DNA of 63,755 nucleotides, counting the filler, from Octopus bimaculoides (lineage: Eukaryota): the NCBI RefSeq assembly GCF_001194135.2. It is 8 parts of 7 records of this genome, joined end to end, with 100 filler letters (N's around TTAATTAATTAA, not from the genome) between each part and the next. Parts side by side here need not be neighbours in the genome. Positions count along the whole stretch, not along the records: positions 61,766 to 63,755 come from NW_026368588.1; 7 more parts are not named here. One strand, 5' to 3'. Below, piece after piece: positions 62,340 through 63,755 of the stretch; position 1 is the stretch's first letter; each line of letters starts with the position of its first letter. Under the pieces are notes generated by a model. The model ran no database searches and had not been told where the DNA came from. It was given only the letters and a program-made list of their open reading frames with translations. The translations under genes and the position numbers were made by a program.

Positions 62340-63163
62340 GTCGTTGCTGGGCATTTTTCGTTTGATACTGATACTTATGGGCTTTTTTGCACTATGCGTT
62401 TATACGAGACACTTTCTCAAGGCAAATATCACCGTATTATGCCTTTCTTTTAACATATCTACGTTAAGTAGGGTACACAGATTGCTTTTCGCTATTGATA
62501 TTGCTGCCGTGTCGCTAATGTATATATATATACATATGTACTTATGGGAGCAACTTTCTTCAAAGACTCATATTGTCGTTCACTGCTCGGAATGAGGNNN
62601 NNNNNNNNNNNNNNNNNNNNNNNNNNNNNNNNNNNNNNNNNNNNNNNNNNNNNNNNNNNNNNNNNNNNNNNNNNNNNNNNNNNNNNNNNNNNNNNNNNNN
62701 NNNNNNNNNNNNNNNNNNNNNNNNNNNNNNNNNNNNNNNNNNNNNNNNNNNNNNNNNNNNNNNNNNNNNNNNNNNNNNNNNNNNNNNNNNNNNNNNNNNN
62801 NNNNNNNNNNNNNNNNNNNNNNNNNNNNNNNNNNNNNNNNNNNNNNNNNNNNNNNNNNNNNNNNNNNNNNNNNNNNNNNNNNNNNNNNNNNNNNNNNNNN
62901 NNNNNNNNNNNNNNNNNNNNNNNNNNNNNNNNNNNNNNNNNNNNNNNNNNNNNNNNNNNNNNNNNNNNNNNNNNNNNNNNNNNNNNNNNNNNNNNNNNNN
63001 NNNNNNNNNNNNNNNNNNNNNNNNNNNNNNNNNNNNNNNNNNNNNNNNNNNNNNNNNNNNNNNNNNNNNNNNNNNNNNNNNNNNNNNNNNNNNNNNNNNN
63101 NNNNNNNNNNNNNNNNNNNNNNNNNNNNNNNNNNNNNNNNNNNNNNNNNNNNNNNNNNNNNNN

Positions 63164-63195
<32 letters not shown>

Positions 63196-63409
63196 GTATA
63201 TATTTAATTATATGTATTTCTTCTATCTTAATGAATAAAAATTCTTCGGATAGAATAAATGGGTTAATAGAAACCAATGTAGCAAAGAACACAAAATAAC
63301 TGTGGTGTAGTTCCTGTTTTTAGGGCAGGAACTCCTTGAAATTTTGGGTATTTGAGTATATTTAAAAATTTAAGGAATGGAGAAAACGCATGTTATAATT
63401 GCATACTTT

Positions 63410-63495
63410 ATTCCTACATATGTTTCAAAGGATTACAACCTATGTGATCCATAGGGATCTGTGATATTAAAATTGTAACCTTCTCTTCAGGGAAT
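63410..63495 (-). ncRNA. Type I hammerhead ribozyme, apparently intact
   Basis: Minus: AUUCC-CUGAAGA-GAAGGUUACAA-(loop with GAUCC/GGAUC hairpin)-UUGUAA-U-CCUUU-GAAA-CAUAUG-U-A-GGAAU. Perfect 5-bp stem I, full core, 11-bp stem II with one bulge, palindromic ACAUAUGU stem III, GUA triplet. Predicted cleavage 3' of A63415 on the minus strand. Confidence 0.75.
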
Positions 63496-63755
63496 GCATA
63501 TATATGTATATATATATACATATGTACTTATGGGAGCAACTTTCTTCAAAGACTCATATTGTCGTTCACTGCTCGGAATGAGGAGTAGATAGACAGCCGA
63601 CAACTGATGAAGGGTCGTTCATTATGTTACTTGTCCTGTTTTCCATTTGTTTCTCTCTTTGCGTATTGAACTCATTTGCTTTCGTATTTCATGTTGTTTA
63701 CTGTTGGTGACGTCCTGTACCCATATATGCATGTGTGTGTGTGTGTATATATATA

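Noticed and set aside
63599-63635. GACAA-CUGAUGA-AGGG...UUGUC on the plus strand
   Set aside because: Stem I-like pairing is present, but there is no GAAA, stem II partner or stem III.

Overview
AT-rich, gap-riddled eukaryotic genomic DNA with no prokaryotic features. The SINE and microsatellite content looks cephalopod (octopus-like); this is inferred from repeat recognition, not from a search. The only host coding sequence I can support is one exon of a torsin-family AAA+ ATPase on the minus strand (54730-54994), which runs into a gap. The rest is a transposon graveyard: at least six mariner relics (one full-length with TIRs and TA target duplication), two Tc1-like relics, a Tigger/pogo relic, MITEs, R4/Dong-, CR1-, RTE- and L1/Tx1-type LINE fragments, three Penelope GIY-YIG fragments and dozens of SINEs. 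The most interesting signal is a recurring type I hammerhead ribozyme architecture (CUGANGA ... GAAA plus a palindromic stem III). One copy looks essentially intact (63410-63495, minus). Near-intact or decayed copies lie at 36358-36419, 32581-32647, 62302-62339, 19058-19150, 4673-4717 and 2421-2478; the 19058 and 2421 copies lie downstream of Penelope endonuclease ORFs. Seven TTAATTAATTAA linkers inside N-gaps are assembly artefacts, so adjacency across them is uncertain. Boundaries of decayed repeats are approximate.
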